Of a DNA stretch of 64,000 nucleotides, positions 40,650 to 54,500 are shown piece by piece. Position numbers and translations under genes: made by a program. The number at the start of each line of letters is the position of its first letter. Position 1 is the stretch's first letter. The notes under the pieces were generated by a model that worked only from the letters and a program-made list of their open reading frames with translations, had not been told where the DNA came from and searched no databases. The DNA lies in the NCBI GenBank assembly GCA_021613535.1, contig CP075496.1, positions 15,160,635 through 15,224,634 of the forward strand. The letters are read 5' to 3'. The stretch is from Adineta vaga (taxonomy: Eukaryota; Animalia; Rotifera).

Positions 40650-41828
40650 TTATGATCCAAATTCAATTTCAAATTTTAATCGATTTCGTGTGAATCATAC
40701 ACATTTTGACTTGAATGTCAATTTTGATAGTCATATTCCACATAGTCATGTTCAATTAGATATTGTTCGTCTCAATCAAAAACAATGTGAATATTCATCA
40801 ACTATAAAAAACACTGATGAAATACCTCATAATCTTGATGGAAAACTTGTTCTTGATGCTTATCAATTAAATATAGAAAAAATCATATATAAAACAACAT
40901 TACTTCCATTTAAAATCAATAACAAATCTAATTCGTTAATTATCGATATAAAACAAATTCTAATGGACATGATTTCGATTTTGATTTATTATTTAACATC
41001 ATCGAATCGATCAAAAGCATTACAATGGATGTCAAAAGAACAAACCGCTGATCGACAATATCCATTTATGTATAGTCAATGTCAAGCAATTCATGCACGA
41101 TCATTATATCCTTGTCAAGATACACCTGGTGTGAAAAGTACATATACAGCGAAAATTATTTGTCCTAAACCATTAATAGCAGTAGGTTCGATATATTATT
41201 ATTCTTTTCAATACTACTCATGAATTTAGTTAATGAGTGCAATTCAAACCAAACATGATATAGATACAAATACATTTTATTTTGAGCAAACAATTGTTAT
41301 TCCATCTTATTTAATCGCAATTGCTGTTGGTCATTTAGTTTCGTATGATTTAAGTGATCATATACGAGTATGGAGCGAAGGAAGTTGTCGTGAACGATGT
41401 AAATATGAATTTGAAGAGACTGAACATGTTTTGTCTATTGCTGAACAACTTCTCGGTGAATATCAATGGATGTGATATGATTTTCTTGTTCTTCCACTAT
41501 CATCGACAAGTGTAATTGTACATGAATTAACTCATTCATGGACTAGTAGAATGTAAAGTTTGAATTGGTTTTTATTCTTTATTGATTTCTAGGTAATCTG
41601 GTAACAAAGGAAAATTGGGAACATTTTTGGTTAAATGAAGGTTTCACATCATTTATTCAAGCAAAATTAATCGGACTTTTAGCTAAAGATAATGGTGAAA
41701 CACGACGTTTTCATTCATAGTATCTTTCTAATATTTCAAACTATTTTAGCACAATATTATAAAGGTGCAGGACTTCTCTGGTACCTTGAACATAATATTG
41801 TTTGTTCAGAAATTGATTTTAATCAATT
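40650..41828 (+). pseudogene. LTA4H: Leukotriene A4 hydrolase / M1 aminopeptidase pseudogene
   Basis: DPNSISN, YSQCQAIHARSLYPCQDTPGVK, IPSYLIAIAVG, HELTH, ENWEHFWLNEGFT, YYKGAGLLWYLE. GGMEN segment deleted, nonsense TGA at 41473, cut at telomeric site 13. Confidence 0.85.
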
Positions 41829-41853
41829 TCTTGAGGGATGTGGGTGTGGGTGT
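41829..41853. repeat. Telomeric tract site 13 (G-arm only)
   Basis: TCTTGAGGGATGTGGGTGTGGGTGT fused to LTA4H codons FNQFL. Confidence 0.85.
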
Positions 41854-42179
41854 TTACATATTAGAAAGTTGTTACAATATATACTTCATTTTTCCTTATA
41901 GACTAAAAAATCTGTCTGAACTATCTTTGAAATATTAGTAAATATTTTACTAAATCTTTTTCGAAGCTAGAATAGAAACACTCTGTGTAATACCTGTTAT
42001 GGGGAAAACAACCAAACAGTCTTTTGATAATTTTAACGTTGTCTTCACATTAAAATAAGAAGAACGAGTTATGTAGATTATTCACAGTAAAGAGGGAATA
42101 TCTATTTTTCTTTTTCTATCATTTGTATTTGGCACATACATACTTATAAGTTGTTTAATCAAATACATTCATAATTAAA

Positions 42180-42819
42180 ATGGCTTCAATGTTTCCAACG
42201 CATGTTGCTTCAAATATAGCTAATGAAAATCCAGTTACTTCGTGGATTCGTTTAAAATACGAAGATCGTCTCGACAAAACAATGAAATACTATACATCAA
42301 AGATGGTAATTGTTCAAATAATAGTTGCATGTGCTTTCTCAATCTCGGAACTTTATTGGGGTATGAGTTATCCAAATCAATGTCCAATCGAACCTGCAAT
42401 TATTAAATTTCTTATTGCTCATGGCGCTACAAAATTTGCATGGATCTTCTTGACTATTCTTGCGATTGTTGACGCTAGATTAATTTATAAAGTGATGAAT
42501 AAAAAGAGTCTAGCACGTCGACTTATACTTATAAATCTTGCATTTTAGTCTCTTTTTGCCGTATGGTTTTTTTTCATGGTTTATTGCCGGCAATATTTGG
42601 GTTTTGTGTAATAAAAGTCGTTATCAATCTAAAGATCCAACAAATACAAGTACGTATTGTTATGAAGATTTATATCAAGCAGCAGTTTTGCTGATTATTA
42701 TGACATATGCTGGCTTTGGAATCACTCTGATTGGAACAGTTAATCGCCGCTTTATTAGTAAAAAAATTAAATATGCAATGAATAAAAAATGTAAGCGTGA
42801 AATAAATGAATTAAGTTAA
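42180..42819 (+). pseudogene. Four-TM membrane protein with a frameshift at ~42545
   Basis: Two overlapping ORFs give 4 hydrophobic helices with Y..QCPIEP.I and WFIAGNIWV...YC...LY motifs. Confidence 0.6.
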
Positions 42820-43113
42820 TAATACAATAATTAATAAACTTTAAAAAAATAATTGGCTAACAATAGAAGTTTGAAGAGAAAAGAATAGATGTTGTGTCGT
42901 TGATTTGTCTACTTTGATTAATTAAATAAAAATTGATTGAATTTATTTATTTTGTCAAAAAAAACATATTTGTTGATTTGACAATCTTCTGGTTTTGTCA
43001 TTTCCGAAAATATGAATAAGAAAAATGAAAAATGTTTATTAGTAGAGATTTTAAAGTAAAATCAAGTATATTTACTTATTTTATTCAACTAATATTAGTA
43101 TCATCAAATTTGA

Positions 43114-43208
43114 TTAAACCATGTTCCAGTGGGAAATGACAACGTTTTTTTGCTGTTTGCACATAAAAAGTTAGTTGATACATATGTAATTGAATTGTCT
43201 GTAAAGAT
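43114..43208 (-). pseudogene. ~95-bp fragment of an ART-gene paralogue
   Basis: Clearly similar to 44997-45091 (LQ.IQLHI.QL..YVQTAKK.CHFP.EHGL); ends at hairpin site 14. Confidence 0.75.
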
Positions 43209-43302
43209 AGGTGTGGGTGTGGGTGGTCCTTACTGGATCGTTATCGACATCTTCATCCATACGCATACTCTCACCCACACCCACCTACACCCACACCCTC
43301 AA
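43209..43302. repeat. Telomeric-repeat hairpin site 14
   Basis: AGGTGTGGGTGTGGGTGG ... CTCACCCACACCCACCTACACCCACACCCTCAA. Confidence 0.9.
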
Positions 43303-43465
43303 ATAAACTATTTATCTTTTGTTTAAATTAATCATAGAAAAGAATCACTCAGCGTACTGAAAAAAAAAGAAGAGACTGATTTCCAAAAGTCCGAAACACT
43401 TACGTATTCTCTAGAATTTCGTTTTTTATTTGCATCTTAAATAGGAAAAAATGTAAAAAAGGTTT

Positions 43466-45180
43466 TTATTCCAAAATTAAATCAAATCTTGCGATTCGAT
43501 GATTCCAACAATCAGCAACATAAAGATTTCCTTCAACATCAAATGATAAACCACTGGGACAATTCAATTTATTTAATTCTTCTCCTTCTCCATTTCCACC
43601 AACAATAATTTCACCTTCTTCTTTTCCTTCGCACCAACGCACTATTCGATTGTTATTACAATCTGCAACATAAACTTGACCTATATGATCGACAACTATT
43701 CCATAAGGACAAGACAGTTGATTGAGGTTATTTCCTTCATCATTTCCACCAGCAACAATAATTCCTTCTTTTGCATCTTTTCTCCATTTCATTACACGCT
43801 CATTCAAACAATCCGAAACATAAATCGATTGTTCATCATCAATAAAGATAAAAGTAGGACCATTCAATTGATTAAGTTGATTTCCTTTTCCATTTCCACC
43901 AGCGACTACTTGTCCTTCTTTTTCTCCAATTTTCCATCTTCTCACTTCATTCTTTTGTTCATCACAAATATAAAGAAATCCAAATTTATCTTTTGTAAAA
44001 CCATGACACGAAATATTTTCAATGATAATTTCTTGTTGATTTTGATTCAACCATCGAATCACTCGTCTGTTCCCTTGATCAGCAATAATCAGTGAATTAC
44101 TTTGTTCATCAATAATCACATTTATTGGTCCATCCAATTGATCAATTCTTTCTCCTTTTCCATTTCCACCTGCAATAATTTTTCCTTTCTTTCCATTTGA
44201 TTTCCATTCAATAATTCGATCATTGCCCAAATCAGCAATAAAAATATTTTGCTTTTTTGTCAATATAAATTCCTTCAGGGCTCCAGAGTTGATTTAATTA
44301 ATTCCCTTCCATCTTCATTTTCTCCTGCAACAATTGTTGCATGTTGTTTCCATTTGTTGAATTGAATTTCTTCGAAAGGAAAAAAAAGCAGTTTTGTTGT
44401 GATTCACATTGAAATTTCAAAATTTATTCAATAAAATTTCTACTTACTCCTCTCTTTTAGAATTGTTCTCGTTAGTAAATTATTCATTGCAGATGTTATA
44501 GTGTGCTGTTGCTCTTTTTCATCATTAATTTCCACCAGATGAACATGAAATGAATCTTTTGGATGTTCTAAAACATTACCTTGAACACGAAAATCAGTTC
44601 CCATTTTTAAAATGACTTCATCTTCTTGTTCTGGATCAGTATAACCTGAGATTTTCTTTCCACTTGATGTTTCAATGAGAAATATTGTTGAATTTATTTC
44701 ATTTCCAAGAAAATGTTTGATCACATGAACTGAAGATGAACAAGAATTGACACTCCACCATGTTAATTGTTGATTTTTAGAGAAATTTTTTCCAATATCA
44801 TTTGAAACACCACGCCAAACATTTTCTCGAACAGGTGGTAATTTGTCCAAAGCAGAATCAAATAATTTCAAATAAGAAAACCAAATTGTCAAAGCATCTC
44901 GATTTTCATCACGTAAAACTTTGTTTAAAACTCGATATAAACTTGTTTCACCCCATTCCATTGTATAAATGTAGATGGAAGCAGATTCATCACGTGTTAA
45001 ACCATGTTCTGATGGAAAATGACACCATTTTTTTGCTGTTTGCACATATAAAGGTAGTTGATGAATGTGTAATTGAATTGGTTGTAAAGATTCTTCAAGT
45101 GAAACAAGTTTTGCACTTCGATAACCAAAGATAGCTGGAAGTCTTTTTAAAGAACAATCAATATCACCAAAACGATTCAT
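43466..45180 (-). CDS. Mono-ADP-ribosyltransferase (R-S-E class) fused to NHL repeats; frameshifts near 44250-44305
   Basis: ART motifs VWRGV, SCSS and EQEDEV. Intron ~44370-44447. Five to six NHL repeats (VAGGNG.G..LNQL.GP...YVAD..N.RI). Confidence 0.85.
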
Positions 45181-45284
45181 TACTTTTGATTTTCTTCTTA
45201 GTTTGGAAATAAAAATCAGTTTATTTAAATTTGTGAAAATCTTTTCGATATTTTATCTAAAGAGAAATTAAATTGAAAACTTTG

Positions 45285-45335
45285 TGAGAGTGTGGGTGTG
45301 AAAGAAGAAGAGATACATCCACACCCATACCCTAA
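45285..45335. repeat. Telomeric-repeat hairpin site 15
   Basis: TGAGAGTGTGGGTGTGAAAGAAGAAG ... CATCCACACCCATACCCTAA. Confidence 0.85.
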
Positions 45336-45624
45336 ATCAATAATTAAGTCCGTAAAATGTATGAAAAAGTTCACCTGTTAATAAAAATTCAAAAAATTCG
45401 ATTGAAGAAACAACTGCTGTATGTATGTGTTATTGATTTTTTGCTTCTTTTTTTACGTGCTACTGTGGTAATGACAGAACAACAATGAGGAAATCTCAAG
45501 CGATAGTGCGTCAAAGCAATTCAGTATTGTTAATAGTATGAGTTTTTAGTGGAAATTTCTCGAGAACGGTGCTGAATCAGTAAATGTGCGGAGCACTCAA
45601 ATGTTGAAATAGAAAAATGTATAC

Positions 45625-46149
45625 TCAGTTTTTCGAGTTTTTTTTCCGGCCCCATAAATATTCAATTACCAATAAAACAATAACCGCCAAACTAGCCAGT
45701 CCTGCTAATATACCAATTGCGACATTGTATCTCAGGTGTTGTGATATAGCACCTTTGGCGATTCCAAAAACTAAAATTTTAATCATGGTTGTTCCTGCAA
45801 CGCAACCGGTTAGATATAGCGGTATAGTAGATGAACTACGTATGTAGAAGGCTAGCCCTGCGGAGCCAATATAAACCAACGCACAAAAACTTAACAGAAC
45901 TGCACCAATACGATGTAGCCAATTTATATCAGATTCATATTGGATATGAGTAGAAATAATGAAAAGAGTGAGACCAAGAGATGCCATGTATATGGCAAAG
46001 CTCACAAACAAGATATGCCATTTATTATAGTTAGAACTGCTCTGTGTTAAAGGATCTTGTTCTTCTTCATCCAACTTATGATGATGCACGGGTTGAAGAG
46101 GTTGCAGAACAGAATCTGTTGTCGAATCAGAGGTAGGTTGATTGTTCAT
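45625..46149 (-). CDS. Small four-TM membrane protein, unknown function
   Basis: 174-aa ORF with 4 hydrophobic segments; a possible acceptor lies just upstream of the ORF. Confidence 0.55.
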   Translation of the reverse strand: MNNQPTSDSTTDSVLQPLQPVHHHKLDEEEQDPLTQSSSNYNKWHILFVSFAIYMASLGLTLFIISTHIQYESDINWLHRIGAVLLSFCALVYIGSAGLAFYIRSSSTIPLYLTGCVAGTTMIKILVFGIAKGAISQHLRYNVAIGILAGLASLAVIVLLVIEYLWGRKKNSKN

Positions 46150-46927
46150 TCTAAGTAAAAATTTCTGTTATCAACATTTAACTACGATGAAACTGAAAGC
46201 GTTCACGCAAATAAAAAATGAATATCAACCGTACGTGAATAAATGTATTCTTACGCACTTTGTTTTCTTTGTTACAACTAAATCATTGTATAGAACGGAA
46301 AAAAACCCAAATAGTACAGAAAAGATTGAAGCGACAGAAGAAAAAACTCTTATTTCGAATGTTCGCGAGTAAGAAGTCAAACAAAAACACAGAATTCAGA
46401 ATTATTTATGTATTAATATGTATTTCTTTGTATAATTTCTTCCAACTCAATCAAAATGCTTATTAGAACTAAAAAGATTAGTGGGGAAAAGTCCAAAGAC
46501 AAGGTACTTCTAGACTGTTTCCATGTTGGTCAGCAGAAAAAAATTATGAGATGTCGTTTTTGACAAGTTCTAGGCTTTTCCCGACATATTCTCTATATCT
46601 GCCTATATAGAACTGCTTTTTAGACAACGACCCAGAACTTGAGGTTTTCAATAGGAATGATCTAATATTTTTCAACCAAAAGTGTTTTCGAGAGCATACT
46701 GATCGTTTGAAGCGAAGAAAAAATCGAAAAAAAACAACCTTTCCAAAAAAGTGGATGGGTCTCCAGGTATTGACACACTCTCAAAGATCTTTATCTACTT
46801 TTGATTTCAATAAACTGATCCGGTCCATTCTATTTTGCATTTTTTGGCAATCAGAATTAATCCAATCGTATAACTCTATTGCACCTCCACCATTTGTATT
46901 ACAACCATATACATTCAATAGGTGACT

Positions 46928-46947
46928 ACCCACACCCACCCTCCCTT
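46928..46947. repeat. Telomeric tract site 16 (C-arm only)
   Basis: ACCCACACCCACCCTCCCTT. Confidence 0.65.
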
Positions 46948-47115
46948 CGAATCTCCAAAGATACGCGTGATGATAGTACTGTAAATGTGTTCGAAAATTA
47001 TATTGTTGTATTTATTGTTCTTTGTCAAAATGGCAAAACAGAAAGTTGAGACAATCTATAGGAAAATATTATGATTAGTCAATAAACTCAATTTCCTTAT
47101 TGCAACTTTTCGCAT

Positions 47116-48132
47116 TTAATCATTTTTTTTCTTTAAAATTAAATAAGTAAAATTCATATGAGTATCTAATAATTGATTAAATTCTTTTCGTAGTTCATCG
47201 CTATACAATGACCAAAATTGACTTTGTATTTGTTCAATTTCTTCTCTTGATCGATTACTTGTCATTAGTGTTTGTTTAAGAATTGATTCCGACCAACTTC
47301 GAACATAGGATACTATCAATTTGATAAATTCATCTTGTGTTATTTCTTTATTGTGCCATTGTTGAATAAAAGGCATTTGAACTGAGTTAAATTCTGATTC
47401 AATTAATTCGAAAGAAAAACAATCAAAGAGTTGTATATCCACACATTCGGCATATGAACGAGCATGGATTGGAAAAGTATATTCAAGTAATTCTTGTGAC
47501 GTAAGACAAAGTTGAGCACATTGGTAAAGAATTTCTCTCAAAATATCAAAACCATTGGAACCATGATCATCGACACATGGAATTAATAAAATAAGGACAC
47601 CACCTGAAATCAATTCATTAGATCGATATTCAAGAAAAATTGAAATCAAGACGAGCTTGTTCTTGAAATGCTTTCAATTCATCACCTTGAGCAAATAGAG
47701 ATGCACAATGATTTGAAATATTACATGGTTTATGTGAAAGCCAATGAAGTGAAGTAGATGAATAACCAATTAGAAGTGAATTGGATGGAAGACATGATTC
47801 ATAGAAAGATCGACCATTTGCTATACCATAATACGATTGATCACTATTGATAAGATGAAAAAGTGTTTGTCAATCATTTGTATAGGTAAATCATTGTGAA
47901 TAACAAGAATTTCATTTTCATCTTTTATTTTAATGGTTTCTTTTAAACATTTAATAATTGTTTTAATAACATAGATTGAATTACGTCCAAGAGAAGAACC
48001 GAAATCACTAATGACGTAAGGAGGTGATGAATTCGTAATGTCAAGAACATTGATTGCTTCATGAATATATTTTATTGTAGAATTTACTGCAACCATCTGT
48101 GGATGAGAATTTTCATTATAATCTTCATTCAT
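47116..48132 (-). pseudogene. SAM-dependent carboxyl methyltransferase (SABATH / Methyltransf_7-like), frameshifted
   Basis: YNENS.PQ, SDFGSSLGRNS, IHNDLP, GRSFYESCLP.NSL.IGYSSTSLHWLS, FLEYRSNELISGG; at least two frameshifts. Confidence 0.8.
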
Positions 48133-48275
48133 TGTAATGTGTTGTTCTTGATAGAATATGTAAAATAAATCAAACCATTCTTACACATACATCGATATGA
48201 TAAGAACACGTGGTTGTGTAAGATGAAAGAGAACAGAGGAAAAAAAACGTTCGTTTTGCTTCAGTGATAGAAATC

Positions 48276-48312
48276 TCTTGAGGGTGTGGGTGTGGGTGTG
48301 GGTGTGGGTGAG
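48276..48312. repeat. Telomeric tract site 17 (G-arm only, ~5 perfect units)
   Basis: TCTTGAGGGTGTGGGTGTGGGTGTGGGTGTGGGTGAG. Confidence 0.9.
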
Positions 48313-48638
48313 CTTCAGAAATATCAACATTCAGAATCTTATTTATGTTGATATTTTTATACTTTATCGTTTTATTTGTATAGTTGGTTATAGAAGGATC
48401 ATAGTGTGTATATACAAAATCTAAAATATTAGACTTTCGACAACTTTTTTGTTTGATCAATATCTATGACTATAATTCAATGGAATTTAATTTAAATTTA
48501 TTTGGAAACTGTATGGATCCATACCCAGACCGAGTCTACTCACAAGCTTCCTAACCTACGTCTTCACCTCTTTTCATAAGATTTACTAAAAGAAAATTGT
48601 CATTTAAAAACCAATTGAATATAAAGTATTATAAGTTT

Positions 48639-50579
48639 TTATTGATTTCGAATGTTCAATATCATTTGAATAGGAACAGCAGGTCTCGTAATTGCTTCGA
48701 AAGAAAGTTGCAAATCATCAATTGTTTGTTTAGTTCGAAAAGAAAAACGACGAAAGAATGTAGACAAAACAACTTTTTCTTCGAGTAACGCAAACGTTGA
48801 CCTATAAGAATAAATATTCTGTATTTTTACAATATCAATATTAACAAAATGAAATAATACGAACCAATACAATTCCGAGGTCCATAGTTGAAAATGAAAT
48901 AAAAGCATATAGTGATCGTTCGTCGTTTGTCTCTGAACTCTTATAAAATCGATTAGGATTGAATAATTCCAGTTGAGAAAAGACATTTGAATCATAATGA
49001 ACTTCCATTATAAATATATATAAAGTAGTATCTTTTCGAATCAATTGATTATCTAAAATCAAATAAAATTATTCGAGTCAATATGGAATAGATTTATTAC
49101 CACAAATGAAATCTTCTTGTGCTTGTCGCATAACGAATGGAACTGGTGGAAGAACACGCATTGATTCCTATATAAATAGCAATTATTCCAATAGAAATGT
49201 CGATTAGTATTTACTTTAATAACAGCATCAAGATAATTCATTTGTTGAATATCTTCTATTGTACACCATCTCTCCTTATCATCTATATAAAGATAAAATT
49301 TATTAAATAAATCCAATTCGTCATGAACATTTTGTTGTACATTAGGATGAGCGAAGCAAGTAAATAACACGTAAAATTAATAGCAGCTGCTGTTGTATCA
49401 TGTCCCTATCATTAAATTAATATATTATAAAGAAAAGATAAAATATACTTCAAACATAAATGTATCAACTTCTTCTTGAATATCATCTAATGAAAGTTGT
49501 TCACAATTTATTTGTTCAAGAAGACTATTGAGAAAGACAAGACGACGTTTGTTTGTTTTTTCCTTATCATTTTTAAAAAGATTTTCATCATTAAATGTAT
49601 TAAAACGATGTTCAATAATCTATTTATTTGAAATCAAATCTAAGAAAAAGATAATAAATTATATGCCTTTCAAGAAGTATTATGAAGAATTTTCAATCGT
49701 TCATTATGTTCGTGACCCAAAGATAATTGATTAAAGATAAATATTGGCCACATCCATGGAGATCGAGTACATTCAGTAATTATAGCACATACACTAGAAC
49801 ATAATGAATTATTTTTAACAAAATAAAAAACAAATTCTTTCTATTTTACCGGCATGTTGCTTCGACAAATTTATTGTTTCCATCACTTTGCTTGAGCTTC
49901 TAGATTTTCACCCATAGCAATAATATCTAATGTACATGGAGATATATAAGGATAAAGATTACATGTTTGATCTTCTTTATTGTTAATTTGAAGATATTTA
50001 TCAATACGACAAGCGAAAATTGCTAATTGTTCATTGAATATTATGAAATGATGGTGTGATTAAACGACGACAATTGCGCCATTTTGCATTATTACTATGA
50101 ATAAATGAATTAATTTAAGAAATTGTTCGAGTATTTTGTTTTTCTATACCTAGTAAGAAGACCTGTTTTTAACCAAGGTTCAAAAAATGTATATTCCAAT
50201 GATGTTTAGTGTTGTTGATAAATAACTAAAATTAAAAAAATAAAATATTATTCAAGAAATTAATAATGTGTACGTACAGAAAGACTTTCTCCTATGTACA
50301 AACAAAAATCATTGGCCAAACAGAATACCAAAGACAAAATAATCCTTTGCCTTGTGTTTGACTTTCCTTTGACATTTGAAGTAAAAGACAAGAGAAAATA
50401 TATTGTTGTCTATCTAATTGATGAAGATTACCAATAAAGGGAATATTTGAAATAGGAAGTGATGGAACATTTCGATAATCTTGTCGAAATTTATTGTATT
50501 TACGTAATATCGGCACCACATAATAGATCAAGAGAAGAAAAAGTAAGATCATGATCATAAATAATGTTAACAGAATCAT
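48639..50579 (-). pseudogene. Cytochrome P450 family 4-like, multi-exon, frameshifted
   Basis: N-terminal TM and PFIGNL; EEVDTFMFE/GHDTTAAA; K-ESMRVLPPVPF; F.P.RF; heme motif F.YGPRNCIG. Confidence 0.85.
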
Positions 50580-51563
50580 CCAAATAATAAGTTAATGTTA
50601 ATTTAAATGAAAGAATATGAAAAGAAAGAAAATAATTTAAGGTCATGGAGATCATCCAATGATTTTAAACGATAATTTCAATAAAAACAAAACGACGTCA
50701 AGTTGTAGTATGTTAGATTAACATTATTATCAATCAGAAACTGAAAATGAATCGAATTAAATGTTTGTTATTTCGTTTAGTCGGTTTAAAAACAAATGAT
50801 CGTTTATCACATCAGTAATAATACGAAGAGTAAACAAACAGATATACTTTCTTTTTCTTTTTCCTTCTGTTTTGATACGATCGATTGCTTTCTCTTTAGA
50901 ATTGTGTAACTTATGTTATATATACCATCGAGTGCAAAAATGAATAATCGTTCAATGCTTTTCTTTGTTTTTTTCTTCATTAAAAGGTCAAATTGATGTT
51001 AATAATTATAAAATCAAAAAGCAAATTGTATTTGTAATAGTAAATAAACATTCCTAACACGTAAAAGATGAACTATTATTTTACTATATTCACGCCATTG
51101 GACAATATCGTCTTGTTAAAGATCAACACGTTTTTGATAAACTACTGGAATAATTTTAATACAATATAAAATTTAATTAAATAATTAAATAATAGATTAA
51201 AATAATGTTACAAATAATAGGAATTTTATATTTCGAGTCCATAGAGATTCATACGTAATCTTTGATTCTATGGAATTATTTTCTGTCGACATATTCACAC
51301 TACTAAATCAATAGACAGCCCAAAAACTATATATGTAATAAGTATATTTTCAAATTACTTTACTAAGAAAAATCCTTCAGTGTATTTAAAATTTTTATTT
51401 TCTCTTGATAGATAATAAAAAAAAGAAAGACTGGTGTTCGCGCATCTATAAAAACAAAGTATTTATGCATTTGTTTTCGTTCGTTTTGTTGCACAACCAC
51501 ATGACAATTACTCGAAAGAAAGAAGAACAACAACATTGTTTACTTCTGTAATACATTTACAAT

Positions 51564-54500
51564 ATGACTAACATTTCATGTGAAATTCGTAATTATTTCA
51601 AATTAGAATTCTTATTAAAACGTTCACACAATTCAGTTCGTCAATTATTTAAAAATCGATATTCTCAATTTAATGGTGGTCAACTATGGAATGATACAAC
51701 TATATGTGGAACAAATTATTTCAATAATGTTGTTCAAAAAAATAAAAAAATCAATTTAACATCAGTACAAAGAACTTCTATTCAGAATGGAAATTCAAAT
51801 GAATGGGATTTGAGTACATTAACTAATCTTCTTTTGAATGGTGATCGTCCAATAATATTAAATACATCTGAAATACAACAACTCAATCAAGAAGACAAAT
51901 TTGTCGAACAATTGAGAAATATTCGAAATAATATAGCACATCATCCATCAAAATCATTTGATAATAACGAATTTAATCAATTGTGGATTGATTTAACAGC
52001 AATTCTAGTTGCACTTGGCGACAACAGTATTGAAATCGATAAGCTAAAAGATAATCGCATTTTTGAACCACCTATTCAATCAATTAACAAAAGCAATGTG
52101 GAAGAAGCATCACAATTGAATTCTCTTGGTACACAAGCTCACAAAGCCGATAAATTTTCCGATGCTATCTCATATTTTACAAAAGCGACAGTTTTATCAG
52201 GTATTGCAGATTGTGATCGGGCCGTTTTCTTTTCTAATATGGCTTTGAGTCGTCTTGCACTGTATGAACAAAAGACAGACCTTATCGAAAGATGTAAAAT
52301 TAATGATCCAAAGGACGAACGATATCGTGCACTACAAGATGCTAAACAAGCTCGAACACTTTATTTTGCATGGTGGAAAGGACATATGCGTATAGGTCAA
52401 GTCTATGCTGCTCTAAATGAACATGAAAGAGCAATAAATTCATTTGAACAAGCATTGGCTCTCGATCCTGCACACAAAGACAAGATAATCAAAGACTTAA
52501 GTAAAAGTCGTGAAATATATAGTCGACAGCAAGTACAAGAACATCTTTACCCAAATAGAAGACCTATGTCCATGACAGAACAATTCAATGATATACAAAT
52601 GAAATCTGGTGCAAGTCCAGAACAAATACGCGCTATTCAACGTTTACGTGAAGAAATGGATCCGACTGCTTTGGATGTAATGAAAGGCTATCAATACGAA
52701 CATGGAGACGTGGATGTTAAACAGGATTATAAAGAAGCTGCTAGATATTTTACTAAAGCAGCCGAGCAAGGTAATGCCGAAGGAATGTATAACTTAGCTC
52801 GATTGACTAATAGTGGTCTTGGTGTTGAAAGAGATCCAATTCTAGCTCATAAACTTTACGAACAAACAGCCGAACAACCACCCGAACATCCAAAATTAGA
52901 AGGGCAACGAAATTTCGGCGTAGCAGAAGCTGAGCATGATTTAGGATTTCAATACGCTGAAGGTATTGTCGTACACAAAAATTTTCCAATTGCTGCATAT
53001 TGGTATGAACGAGCTGTTGCTCATGGATGCATCCAATCTGCTAATAATTTAGCTTTGATGTATAAAGATGGTATCGGTGTAGCAAACAATCTTGTTAAAG
53101 CTGAAGAATTATTTGAAATAGCAGCTAGAAGTGGTGAATCAATTGCTATGCAGAATTTAGCAATGATTTTATTGAATAGAAATGAATCTGAAATGGCTAA
53201 GATTTGGTACGATCGAGCATGTGAAGCAGGCGATGTTATTTGTCAGACTACTCGTCTCACATTTGAAAAAATGTTACAGAAAAAGCAACAAACAATGGAT
53301 CAGTGTTCGCCAGATATTCTGAAAAGTTCAGAAGCTTGTCCTGAAAAAAAGACTGTATATAAAAAACTGACCGACCATATCTTTATGATTATGAAATATT
53401 AACTGAATATGCAAATCGTGGCTCGTTAACAGCAAAGAAAATGTGTGATGCTCTGGAACATTTTATGCAAGCATTAAATATTATTATGCAACGAAAATCT
53501 TTAACTGAAAAGGAAGAAAACGTGTTTGTACATGAACTCTCACAATGTTATCGTATTGAACATATAGTCGCCCAAGTTCCCAGTATAGAAGTACTTTCTA
53601 CAATGAATGAAATCGTTGATAGTGTTCTTTATCGATGCGCTACCAGTATCAAAACAACTGATGACTACTTACAGATCGATGAAGACGTTCGAATATGTTA
53701 TGCTGTTTTACATATGGATTCACCAAAAGAAATCATTAAGTTTCTTGATAAATGTAAAGAAAAGTATCCAAAATCAATAATTTTTTTTGAATTGAGTGCA
53801 ATAGCGAATTGTTGGCTAAAACAATACGATAGAACATTGTATGAAACTAATGTCGGATTGCAATTAGATCCGAACAATTCTGAATTATTATTTTATAAAG
53901 CCGCTGCATTGCGACTCTTAAACAACAATATGGATGAGACTATCACTGCATATCAAGCATTTTTAACTGCAGCTCCTGTAGATGATCGACACGTGCCGGA
54001 ATCATATTATGCAATGGCTTATTGTTATTTTATTCAGAAACCACACGAAATTCTCACTGATCATGTGAAGATAATGTATCAACAAGGCGAAGAAGCAGAA
54101 AAACGACAATTACCATGTTTATTACCTTATGAATCCAATTCTAAAATCTTCTTGAAGTCTAAATTTGAAAGAAAATCTTCACTAAATATAGAGCTATCAG
54201 ACTCTGTTGTTGACAATAAATCGCAATTAAAAAACTCACGTCGAATCGAGATGATAGTAAAGCATCGTCAATGGCAAAAAACATTATTGGAGTGTAGTAC
54301 TCGATTTAATGGTATCATTCATGCTACTCTAAAACCTCATGTTCAACAAATAACAGTGAAATCATTGGTTGGATTAAAATCAATTACAATACGAGAAATG
54401 AATCCAATTAAAAATCATGTCTATACAGGATATGTACTTTCTGTGAGAATCATTGAAGAAGCTTATTCTTGGAAACCATCAATTCACCTGATCATTGAAG

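Noticed and set aside
43676-45134. Plus-strand ORFs 43676-44095 and 44802-45134
   Set aside because: Shadow ORFs antisense to the ART-NHL gene.
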